Assembly (NCBI GenBank): GCA_016187515.1
Contig: JACPJN010000007.1
Location: forward strand, 68,046 to 132,045
From: Candidatus Uhrbacteria bacterium
Lineage (GTDB): Bacteria > Patescibacteriota > Patescibacteriia > GWA2-47-26
Reading direction: 5' to 3'
DNA: 64,000 nucleotides
Part shown: positions 30,182 to 38,646 of the stretch, piece by piece
How positions within the stretch are numbered: the stretch's first letter is position 1
Layout of the letters: each line of letters opens with the position of its first letter
Position numbers and translations under genes: made by a program
The notes under the pieces: model-generated
What the model saw: the letters and a program-made list of their open reading frames with translations, nothing else
Database searches by the model: none
What the model was told of the DNA's origin: nothing

Positions 30182-30661
30182 TCACTTCGACTTTTTCTTC
30201 CCGTAAACGCCAACTTTGCCGCTAGCGGCTCGCATAAAATCCTTGGTCTTCATCTCCAGCGAGTCGGTGTAGGTTCCGGCGCCGGCGATCACCCGCTTGG
30301 CACGGGAAAACGCGCGATCCACCAGGACTTCGGCGCCTTTGTACAGTCCGCCAAACGCGGTTAGCGCTCCGGCCTTAACCTTAAACGCTTTCGCCATTAC
30401 TTTCTCCGAGGCCAGTTCCACTTTTTTCGCCTTAAGCGCGGCCTTCAACTTTGCGAAATCCACCTGATACGAGGCCGGTACGACCACAATAATGTGCCGC
30501 TTTTTGTCCGCCACCACATGCAGGACCTTGGGAATCTCATTAAGCTTGGCTTTCATTGTAGCGGCGGCATCATAGGCAGTGTACACGGTTTTGTGCACAA
30601 TCGGCTTGGCTTTGATTTTTAGCGCGGCAAGATAGTTAGTAACTTTTTTTGATATGGCCAT
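30182..30661 (-). CDS. YbaK/EbsC/ProX family aminoacyl-tRNA deacylase
   Basis: H..VYTA..AA, IPK.L, VVVPA...VD..KL, GAL..FG, AGT.TDS. Confidence 0.85.
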   Translation of the reverse strand: MAISKKVTNYLAALKIKAKPIVHKTVYTAYDAAATMKAKLNEIPKVLHVVADKKRHIIVVVPASYQVDFAKLKAALKAKKVELASEKVMAKAFKVKAGALTAFGGLYKGAEVLVDRAFSRAKRVIAGAGTYTDSLEMKTKDFMRAASGKVGVYGKKKSK

Positions 30662-30764
30662 AGTTATTTTGTGTACGAATTACGAATCTTGCACGAATAT
30701 TACGAATGTGTACTCAATTCAAATTCGTTGTATTCGCAATGTCATTCGTTGATTCGTACACAGA

Positions 30765-33131
30765 TTACTTCAATGCGACCTTTAATACTTCGTCCATATT
30801 CTCCGCAAAAATAAACTTCAGCTCTTTCTTCACCTGGGAGGGCACGTCCACCATGTCCTTTTCATTGTCTTTGGGCAGGAGCACGGCGGTCATCTGCCCG
30901 CGGTGCGCGGCAATCACTTTTTCTTTGACTCCTCCGATTTCCATAACTTTTCCGCGCAGCGTAATCTCGCCGGTCATGGCCACGTCTTTGCGCACCGGTC
31001 TTCCGGTAAGCGCCGAGATTAAGGCGAGCGTCATGGCCACTCCGGCGGAAGGGCCGTCTTTGGGGATCGCGCCGGAAGGGACGTGCACATGGAGATCGGA
31101 ATTTTTGTAAAACGCGTCTTTGATCGCGAGTTTCTTGGCCCGGCTGCGCGCGTAGGTAAACGCGGCTTGCGCCGACTCCTGCATCACCTGTCCCAGATGT
31201 CCGGTTAAAATCAGCTGGCCCTTGCCCGGCACTTTGGTGGCCTCAATATGGAGCACATCTCCTCCCGCCGAGGTCCAGGCCAGGCCGTTTACCACCCCAA
31301 CCTCGTCCTCTTTTTCCGCCATGGTAATCCGGTACTTTTGCGGTCCCAAAAATTCGCGCAAATCATCAATGCCGATTTTTCGAAGCGCCAGCTTTCCTCC
31401 GTTTTCCGCCACTTTGCGCGCTACTTTCCGGCACACCGCGGCAATCGTCCGCTCCAACTCCCGCACTCCGGCCTCCAGCGTGTACTCGCGGATAATCACG
31501 CGCACCGCCGCTTCTGTAAATGAAATAAGTTTGTCAGTCAGGCCATTATCTTTTATTTGCTTCGGTATTAAAAACTTTTGCGCGATCCAATATTTTTCAT
31601 CTTCGGTGTAACCGGCAAATTCAATAACTTCCATGCGGTCTTTGAGCGCGGGTGGGATCGGGTCCAGCAAATTCGCGGTGGTAATAAACATCACGTCGGA
31701 CAAATCAAACGGCACCTCCAGATAATGGTCGGAAAACGCGTTGTTCTGCTCCGGATCAAGCGCCTCCAAGAGCGCCGCCGAAGGATCCCCGCGAAACGCG
31801 TCAAATCCCATTTTATCCACCTCATCCAGCATAAATACCGGATTGCGCGTTCCGGCAGTGGCCACGCCTTGGACAATCCGTCCCGGAAGCGCCCCGACAT
31901 AGGTGCGCCGGAACCCGCGGATTTCGGCTTCGTCCCGCACCCCGCCAAGCGACATGCGGACAAATTTGCGGCCCAGCGCTCGCGCGATTGATTTTCCAAT
32001 GGAGGTCTTTCCGGTTCCGGGCGGCCCGACAAAACATAGAATTGGCCCGCGAATTTTCCCCACGAGTTTTTGCACGGAAAGATATTCCACCATGCGTTCT
32101 TTTACCTTATCCAAGCCAAAGTGATCGTCGTCAAGCACCTGCTGTGCTTTTTTCACGTCAATTGCGGATTCATCCTTCTTTGACCAAGGGAGCTTTACCA
32201 ACCAATCCAGATAAGTGCGAATGTAGGAGATCTCGGGCGAAAACGACGGCATCCGTTCAATCCGCGCCAGTTCTTCCAGCGCGACTTTTTTTGCCTCCTG
32301 CGTCATGCCGGCTTTTTCAATTTTATCTTTGAGCTCTTCCGCCTCATTGCGCCCTCCGGCCATGCCCAGTTCTTTTTCAATCGCTTTAAGCTGTTCGCGC
32401 AAAAACACTTCGCGCTGCATTTTGTCCAGCTCCTTGCCAACTTCGGCCTGCAGTTTCCGAGCTTGACGAAGCACTTGCGCTTGTCGTCCCAGGGCTTGAC
32501 GCAGCACTTCCAGTTTATTCTCAACCGTCACGGCTTCGAGAATCGCTTGGCGCTCCTCGACCTTAAACTCCAGGTTACTGGCAATCAGATCGCCCAAGAC
32601 CCAGGGATCGGTAATATTCAAAATTACGAAAAGGACATCCAGGGGCACCGGCGCGCCCATCGATACGATCTCGCGAAATTGATTGATCGCGGAATACATG
32701 AGCGCTTCGATTTTTTCGGTCTTTTTTATAAGCGGCGGCGGCAGGGGCTCCAGGCGGACCCGCACAAACGGATCTTCGTGCACAATGCTAATGCCCTTGG
32801 CGCGCATCACCCCTTCAATAAGCACGCGCACCGCGCCGTCTTCCGCGCGGTTCATTTCCTTGATCTTGCCGATAACGCCGACCGCGTACATATCCGCCAT
32901 GGTCGGCTTGTCATGCTCTTCGGTTTTTTGCGCGACAAAAAAAGCCAGGTGATCGTGCTTCATGGCAAAGTCCAGCGCGGCGAGCGATTTAGGACGCTGC
33001 ACTAAAATCGGGAGCGCAATTCCCGGAAACACCACGGCATCGCGAAGCGCCACGAGCGGCAATTCGCGTTTATCTTTTACCGACTGAAAGGTCTTCACAA
33101 ATTTTGGAATAGGAGGTTGAATATCGGGCAT
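30765..33131 (-). CDS. lon: ATP-dependent protease La
   Basis: LON N-domain, [30 protein letters not shown]. Confidence 0.97.
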   Translation of the reverse strand: MPDIQPPIPKFVKTFQSVKDKRELPLVALRDAVVFPGIALPILVQRPKSLAALDFAMKHDHLAFFVAQKTEEHDKPTMADMYAVGVIGKIKEMNRAEDGAVRVLIEGVMRAKGISIVHEDPFVRVRLEPLPPPLIKKTEKIEALMYSAINQFREIVSMGAPVPLDVLFVILNITDPWVLGDLIASNLEFKVEERQAILEAVTVENKLEVLRQALGRQAQVLRQARKLQAEVGKELDKMQREVFLREQLKAIEKELGMAGGRNEAEELKDKIEKAGMTQEAKKVALEELARIERMPSFSPEISYIRTYLDWLVKLPWSKKDESAIDVKKAQQVLDDDHFGLDKVKERMVEYLSVQKLVGKIRGPILCFVGPPGTGKTSIGKSIARALGRKFVRMSLGGVRDEAEIRGFRRTYVGALPGRIVQGVATAGTRNPVFMLDEVDKMGFDAFRGDPSAALLEALDPEQNNAFSDHYLEVPFDLSDVMFITTANLLDPIPPALKDRMEVIEFAGYTEDEKYWIAQKFLIPKQIKDNGLTDKLISFTEAAVRVIIREYTLEAGVRELERTIAAVCRKVARKVAENGGKLALRKIGIDDLREFLGPQKYRITMAEKEDEVGVVNGLAWTSAGGDVLHIEATKVPGKGQLILTGHLGQVMQESAQAAFTYARSRAKKLAIKDAFYKNSDLHVHVPSGAIPKDGPSAGVAMTLALISALTGRPVRKDVAMTGEITLRGKVMEIGGVKEKVIAAHRGQMTAVLLPKDNEKDMVDVPSQVKKELKFIFAENMDEVLKVALK

Positions 33132-33211
33132 AGATTTGAGTAAATTAAGTAAAGCAAGTAAATCAGGTGAATCAAGTGCTTGATTTACTTGTCTCGCTTG
33201 ATTTACTTGAT

Positions 33212-33505
33212 TTACTTCAACGGCAACTTCTGTTGTTCTCCCTGCAATCTCTTGGCCGCCTTGCGCCCAGCCGGGGTCAACCGCACCTCTTTAATATACC
33301 ACCTTTTCGGAGTTCTGACACCTATCCCTATGAGTAACCCTTTATCAATCAGCCGTTCCAGCGTCTTGGTTACCGTATCCACCACGTCTTTATGCTTCAC
33401 CACCTTTCCTTCGTAAAACTTATGCAACGGCGCCCGCCCCACTTTCCCGCGCGCTGCAAGACACACCCCCAAAACATAGCGTTGAAGTGCTGAAAGGCGC
33501 AACAT
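33212..33505 (-). CDS. Small winged-helix-like hypothetical protein
   Basis: TKTLERLIDKGLL...VRLTPAGR. Confidence 0.65.
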   Translation of the reverse strand: MLRLSALQRYVLGVCLAARGKVGRAPLHKFYEGKVVKHKDVVDTVTKTLERLIDKGLLIGIGVRTPKRWYIKEVRLTPAGRKAAKRLQGEQQKLPLK

Positions 33506-33564
33506 ACCATTACCAGTATATCACATCCATCTGATGTATGATAAAATATCAGACCCGGTGTGGC

Positions 33565-33637
33565 GGGCCGTTGTGTCCGGTGACCAAGGATGCCTATCAA
33601 ACATCCTAGAGGGGTCCGACTCCCCTACGGTCCACCA
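33565..33637 (+). ncRNA. tRNA-like RNA B (Ala identity, CCA encoded)
   Basis: Acceptor GGGCCGU/ACGGUCC+ACCA with G3.U70; T-arm AGGGG-UCCGACU-CCCCU; at most a 3-bp D-stem; arm AGGAUG/CAUCCU with 9-nt loop; extended -10 TGATAAAAT at 33539-33547. Confidence 0.82.
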
Positions 33638-33660
33638 CCGGGTTTGTGGATAAACAATAC

Positions 33661-33689
33661 TTGACAAAATTTAACGCATTTGCTAGAAT
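33661..33689 (+). promoter_or_regulatory. sigma70 promoter of partner RNA B
   Basis: TTGACA-17 nt-TAGAAT with TG extension; predicted +1 at ~G33696. Confidence 0.8.
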
Positions 33690-33695
33690 ATAATT

Positions 33696-33759
33696 GTTTG
33701 ATAGGCATCCTAGTCGCTGGGATCTCGGATCCCAAACAGGAGCCCCGCAAGGGGCTTTT
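33696..33759 (+). ncRNA. Small partner RNA B (5' end complementary to tRNA-like RNA B)
   Basis: GUUUGAUAGGCAUCCU-AGUC-GCU, internal hairpin UGGGAUC/GAUCCCA, terminator AGCCCC-GCAA-GGGGCU-UUU. Confidence 0.72.
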
Positions 33760-33866
33760 GTGTTATAAAAATGTCCTATTTCATGGTCTTGACAGGGGTT
33801 GGCTATTGTGTTATCATTAAAGCACGAAAGTCGTTCTTCAACCCAGAGCAAGGAGGCAAGGTAATC

Positions 33867-34154
33867 ATGGCGCGTCAAACGTTCCGCTTCAATGCGGGGG
33901 ACATCGTCTGCAAGATGAACGGCAACAGCGATGAGGTGCTGGCGGTGGTTTTGCAGTATGTTGGAGGTCTCACAAACCTTCCGAAGTACACCTGTCGCAG
34001 ACCTGACGTTTCTGATCATGACTTCTTCGATGACGAACTCGAACCTGAGTGGGAAGGTCGCACTCCTGGCATTTACGATAAGTGCCCGGACGACGTGGAG
34101 CGGTGGCGCAATAGGAATCGCCGACGTAGTGCATCAGGGATGTCTGCACAATAG
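33867..34154 (+). CDS. Hypothetical protein
   Basis: AAGGAGG SD; own TTGACA..TATCAT promoter; downstream hairpin. Confidence 0.6.
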   Translation: MARQTFRFNAGDIVCKMNGNSDEVLAVVLQYVGGLTNLPKYTCRRPDVSDHDFFDDELEPEWEGRTPGIYDKCPDDVERWRNRNRRRSASGMSAQ

Positions 34155-34279
34155 TAGAGCATCCCGCCCATCTACGTGTAGCATTCCACCTCTCGCTTCC
34201 GCCCGCGGCGACCTTCAATGGTTCCGCGGGTTTCTTATTTTTGCGCCTATCACCACATGCAAAACGTCCACATGCAAGT

Positions 34280-34317
34280 CGTTCCTCGATTTTCGCGATC
34301 GCGAAAATCGAGGAACG
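34280..34317. repeat. 38-bp perfect palindrome
   Basis: CGTTCCTCGATTTTCGCGA|TCGCGAAAATCGAGGAACG. Confidence 0.95.
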
Positions 34318-34329
34318 CTTAAAGACGGG

Positions 34330-35733
34330 CTACTTAATAACCTTTATGTGGACTTCTTTTAGTCCTTTTTCAGGTAATTCACTTGGAGCATTCATCATCG
34401 GATCCCGCGCGTCGCCGGTTTTGGGAAAGGCCATGACCTCCCGAATGTTTGGCTCGCCTGCGAGGATCATCACAATCCGGTCCAGACCAGGCGCAATGCC
34501 GCCATGCGGAGGCACGCCGTAGGTAAAAGCCGTGAGCATGTGCCCAAAACGATCTTCAGCTTCTTTTTCCTCCAGCTCCAGAATTTTGAAAATCTTGCGC
34601 TGAATGTCGGGTTTATGAATTCTGATGCTGCCGCCGGCAATCTCAAAACCGTTCAAGACAAAATCATGCTGTTTGGACTTGGCTTTTTCCGGCGCGTTAT
34701 CAAGCAAATGTTCATCCGCGTCTTTGGGCGCGGTAAAGAGATGATGGCTAGGCACTAGATGCCCATCCGTCTCGGAATATTCAAACATGGGAAAATCTAC
34801 CACAAAGCAGAATCCCAGCTCCTGCGGATCATTTTTATTTTTGCGAATGTCTGGCCGGTCGCTTTTGTACTTTTTCATGGCTTCATCATAAGATATGCGC
34901 GGGAAGGGAACCTTGGTGATTTTATACGGCCCATAACCATGCTCATTCAGGTGCTCTACAAGCCCCATAAATAACTTCTCTACAAGATCCAAAACATCTT
35001 CTTGCTCCACAAAACTCATCTCTAAATCAAGCTGGGTAAATTCTGGCTGACGATCGCCGCGCTGGTCTTCATCGCGGAAGCATCGTGCGATCTGAAAATA
35101 GCGCTCTACACCGGCCACCATCAGCAGTTGTTTGAATTGCTGCGGCGACTGCGGGAGCACGTAGAATTTTCCCGGATGCAAACGCGCCGGCACAATGTAC
35201 TCTCGCGCGCCCTCTGGCGTGCCTTTGGTCAAAATCGGGGTTTCCACTTCAATAAAGTCCTCGCCATGCAGCCAATCGCGCATAAACTTAATCACGCGAT
35301 CGCGCAGGACGATATTTTTGTGCATGCGCTCGCTGCGCAAATCCAGATAGCGATATTTGAGACGAGTTTCTTCATTTACTGCGCGGGTGTCTTTGTCCAG
35401 TTCAAACGGCGGGGTTTTTGCTTCGGCTAAAATTTTCAAATCCGCGGCCAGTACTTCCACTGTTCCAGTGGGAATTTTCGGATTTACGGTTTTTTCTGTG
35501 CGCTTCTGCACTTTGCCATGGACTTCCACCACATATTCGGAGCGCAAGGTCTTGGCAAACTCATATGCGCCGCCTACTTCTTTGGGCGCAAACACTACCT
35601 GTAATAGTCCTGTCCGATCGCGCAGATCAATAAAAATAATCTTGCCCATGTCGCGACGGGCATGAATCCAACCCTTAACTACGACTTCCTGACCTACTTT
35701 GTTAATTGTGTCTGTATTCCATGTACGGGACAT
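34330..35733 (-). CDS. aspS: Aspartate--tRNA ligase, short form lacking most of the GAD insertion
   Basis: OB fold FIDLRD, LPQSPQ.FKQLLM, CFRDED.R.DRQPEFTQ, GVPPHGG.A.GLDR. Confidence 0.95.
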   Translation of the reverse strand: MSRTWNTDTINKVGQEVVVKGWIHARRDMGKIIFIDLRDRTGLLQVVFAPKEVGGAYEFAKTLRSEYVVEVHGKVQKRTEKTVNPKIPTGTVEVLAADLKILAEAKTPPFELDKDTRAVNEETRLKYRYLDLRSERMHKNIVLRDRVIKFMRDWLHGEDFIEVETPILTKGTPEGAREYIVPARLHPGKFYVLPQSPQQFKQLLMVAGVERYFQIARCFRDEDQRGDRQPEFTQLDLEMSFVEQEDVLDLVEKLFMGLVEHLNEHGYGPYKITKVPFPRISYDEAMKKYKSDRPDIRKNKNDPQELGFCFVVDFPMFEYSETDGHLVPSHHLFTAPKDADEHLLDNAPEKAKSKQHDFVLNGFEIAGGSIRIHKPDIQRKIFKILELEEKEAEDRFGHMLTAFTYGVPPHGGIAPGLDRIVMILAGEPNIREVMAFPKTGDARDPMMNAPSELPEKGLKEVHIKVIK

Positions 35734-35886
35734 ACTTAATTTTCTAAATAAAATTACAAATTACAAATCCCAAATTACAAACAAATTCTAAATTCAAATT
35801 TCCAAACTTGATTTTGTAATTTGGAGCTTGGGATTTCCTTGTAATTTGGTACTTGGGATTTGGAATTTAATGGGTCATTCAGCATA

Positions 35887-36708
35887 TCACACTCCTGCCA
35901 TTTCAGGAAGCTCTTTAGCAATACTCTCCACAAAATAGCGCGCTTTGGGTTCTTCTCCAAAGTGCGCACGGATCATGGCATTGGCAATGGTCTTGAGCTC
36001 GCGAGCCACGGTCTCGGGCATCTCCAAATGCGAAAGAGGAGAAACGAGGATAGTGTCGAGGGTATCGAGGGTGAGTGATGACACTGGAAACGCTGCTGTG
36101 CCGGTCTTGTGGAAGCACTCTTCACACAATACTCCTCCCCGAATCGCGTCAAAATGTCTAGAAAGTCCTTCCACCCCGGCTTTGCACAGCACACAATTGC
36201 GCAACTCCGGCCCAAACCCGGATTCTTTAAGGAGTTTCAGCGCAAAACTATTCATAACCCCTCCTGCACCTCCCCTTATCTTAAGGGGAGGATTGTTGGC
36301 GGCTCCCTCCCTTAAGGTAAGGGAGGGTTGGGGAGGGTTATGTAACAACTTCAATACATCCAACAACAACTCAAACACTCCCCACTCTTTTGTGCCGGGC
36401 CGCAGTACCAGATCAACCAGTGATGCCGCGTACATCGCTTCCCCCATTTTTTCCAAATCACCCCACAATTCCGGCCAACGATTCTGCACCCGCACCTGCG
36501 CAATCCGGTCAAACCGCCGTCCGCGCGCAAACATCAGGTCGCACAAGTAGAGCGGCTGCAAATGCGCGACCAATTTGCTTTGCGGCTTGCGCACTCCTTG
36601 TGCCCAAGCGTCAACTTTGCCATGATCAGCCGTGAGCACGCTGTAAATCCGGTCGTACTCGCCAATATCGCGATAACGGAGAATGATACCTGTTGTATTA
36701 TACGTCAT
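35887..36708 (-). CDS. recO: DNA repair protein RecO
   Basis: GIILR....EYDR..SVLT..HGK...A.GVRKP.SK; C..C...C..C zinc motif. Confidence 0.92.
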   Translation of the reverse strand: MTYNTTGIILRYRDIGEYDRIYSVLTADHGKVDAWAQGVRKPQSKLVAHLQPLYLCDLMFARGRRFDRIAQVRVQNRWPELWGDLEKMGEAMYAASLVDLVLRPGTKEWGVFELLLDVLKLLHNPPQPSLTLREGAANNPPLKIRGGAGGVMNSFALKLLKESGFGPELRNCVLCKAGVEGLSRHFDAIRGGVLCEECFHKTGTAAFPVSSLTLDTLDTILVSPLSHLEMPETVARELKTIANAMIRAHFGEEPKARYFVESIAKELPEMAGV

Positions 36709-36820
36709 AATAGGCGACTAAAACGACAAATTCTTATAATAATACAGTTTAACAAAAAAAGAGCTCCCGCACCAGTTGCCCAGTGCGGGAGATGAAATGG
36801 AGCGAGGGAAGTTGGACGGG

Positions 36821-37396
36821 CTACTCGCTGACGAAGCCAACGAGAGAGTCCCGAGCCCAGGCGCCCCTGACCGCGCCGCGGCCCAGGCCGCGCCAGCCGG
36901 AAGAGCCGCGAAGGTAGAGCACGAGACCATCGCGCACGGAGCCGAGCTCCACGATGAACCGCTCGCGCTGCTCGTTCGGAAGCCCTGCGGCAATGCCCAT
37001 GAGATGCGCGACCGCGATCGGCTCCTTGCCGTTCGCCACACCCCAGGCGATCGCTTCGTTCCTCCACCAGTCGCGATTGAACTCCACGAGGTCGATCCTC
37101 ACCGACTTGTCGAGTCCCACCCACTCCTTGGCGAACTGGCGAACGATGTTGCCGGTGTCGTTGTCGAACTTGCCGAGCCGAACCGCCTCGGCAAAGTCCT
37201 CCGCCGTGTAGGCCGGAACGATGATGGTCTTCACCACCTTGCCGGCAAGCGGCGGCTTCGGCTGCTCGGGCCGCGCGATCTGGTTGATCGTCAGCGTGCG
37301 CTCACCGCGGAGCACCGCCCGCGCCACGTCCACGCCACCCACCACGTTCAGAAGCGCCTCGGTCTCGCCGAGGGTCCAGCCATCGTACTTTGCCAT
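36821..37396 (-). CDS. Hypothetical protein with DGR variable-region-like C-terminus
   Basis: GGGAGG SD; A-poor NNC-rich 3' end, VLYL...R.L......W......GFVSE*. Confidence 0.6.
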   Translation of the reverse strand: MAKYDGWTLGETEALLNVVGGVDVARAVLRGERTLTINQIARPEQPKPPLAGKVVKTIIVPAYTAEDFAEAVRLGKFDNDTGNIVRQFAKEWVGLDKSVRIDLVEFNRDWWRNEAIAWGVANGKEPIAVAHLMGIAAGLPNEQRERFIVELGSVRDGLVLYLRGSSGWRGLGRGAVRGAWARDSLVGFVSE

Positions 37397-37555
37397 TGTG
37401 CTATCCTCCCGGGCTGAAAGCCCGAAAAGCAATTTGCCCCTGCCCGGGGCCCGGGTCTCCACCTCAACATAAGGAGAGCTTTTGAGCCGTTTTAGACGAA
37501 CCAAAAGCCCTCTTCATATTTTTTCAATTATAAAGAACAATCAATTATAACCCAT

Positions 37556-37951
37556 TTAAGCACGGCTGTCAAGCCACCCTTGTAGAATAAGCGCCGCAGC
37601 GGCTGAATCTTTATCGATTCTCTTGCGGTCTTTTCCATAATTTTTCATAGTTTTTTCAATCTGCGCAGTGGTAAAATGTTCATCTACAATCTCCACGCGC
37701 ACAAACTTCCGCAACTTTTCCGCAAACTTCCGCACCTTCTCCTCCATCGGCCCCCTCCCGCCTTGCCCAATCACAATCAATTCCACACCCTCTTCTTTCA
37801 CAATCTTTACAATCGCATCAACAACGTTTCGAATTTCGAATTTCGAATTTCGAATTTCAAGCATAGCGAGCGGCGCCGCCACCCGCGCCTCGCTGTCCCC
37901 AATCGCGACTCCAATTCGCTTGGTGCCGTAATCAATACCTAAAACCCTCAT
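37556..37951 (-). CDS. ruvX: RuvX/YqgF family nuclease
   Basis: LGIDYGTKRIGVA, VDEHFTT, DSAAAALILQ. Confidence 0.92.
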   Translation of the reverse strand: MRVLGIDYGTKRIGVAIGDSEARVAAPLAMLEIRNSKFEIRNVVDAIVKIVKEEGVELIVIGQGGRGPMEEKVRKFAEKLRKFVRVEIVDEHFTTAQIEKTMKNYGKDRKRIDKDSAAAALILQGWLDSRA

Positions 37952-38049
37952 AATAATCTACTCTATCAAAAAAAGGGTCCCCACACCAGTGCAACCCGGT
38001 GTGGGGCAAACCGCCGGCGCGGTCGCTGGCATATTCTCCTCCTTACATC

Positions 38050-38487
38050 TTACACCACCTTAATAAGCCAGAGCCAGGAGACGACGAAATCGCCGTAGGC
38101 CTCACGGACGCGCGAGCCGCCGCCGTACGCATCCACGAACGGAAAAAAGGGCAGGCCGCGCGGATCAATCCATGAGGCATCGGCGATCCCGCGGGGATGC
38201 TGACCGTCGGGCGCGAAGGTCCTGGCCACCGCCTCGCGCCATTGCCCTTCCGGGATCTTGCCGCACGTCTTGAGCATGATGCGAACGTCCGCGAAGGTGG
38301 GACGGTGGCCGATCGCGACCCATCTGAACCGCTGGGTCGGCGTACCTTGGATAGTTGGTCCGCTATGTTTCCATTCACCGGCGCGGGGCTCGTCTTGCAC
38401 CATCACAAGCGGATGATTCTCCGGCGCGCCGCCGTCAAGGGTGAGCTCGAACACTTCACCTTGGGGGTAATGCGGAAGTTTATCCAT
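38050..38487 (-). CDS. Hypothetical protein with DGR variable-region-like C-terminus
   Basis: AGGAGG SD; C-terminal W.DP.G...FP.V......DF...W.WL. Confidence 0.55.
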   Translation of the reverse strand: MDKLPHYPQGEVFELTLDGGAPENHPLVMVQDEPRAGEWKHSGPTIQGTPTQRFRWVAIGHRPTFADVRIMLKTCGKIPEGQWREAVARTFAPDGQHPRGIADASWIDPRGLPFFPFVDAYGGGSRVREAYGDFVVSWLWLIKVV

Positions 38488-38646
38488 GAACTACTCCTCC
38501 TGTTCTTGTTGCGTTGCCTGGTGAGCCCCGCACCACGCGGAATTTCCAAACAACCGGTGTATCCGCCTACCCTATATCCTCCCGCATTTTGACATATCTG
38601 TCAAGGGCTGACTCGGTCATGAAATTGTTCTGCCATACGCTAGTAT

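Noticed and set aside
29847-33711. Integrase att-site duplications of tRNA genes
   Set aside because: The matches are inverted and cover the internal arm rather than direct repeats of the 3' end; no integrase is present.
37400-37515. Riboswitch in the structured leader of the 36821-37396 gene
   Set aside because: Several hairpins, but no aptamer consensus I could recognise.
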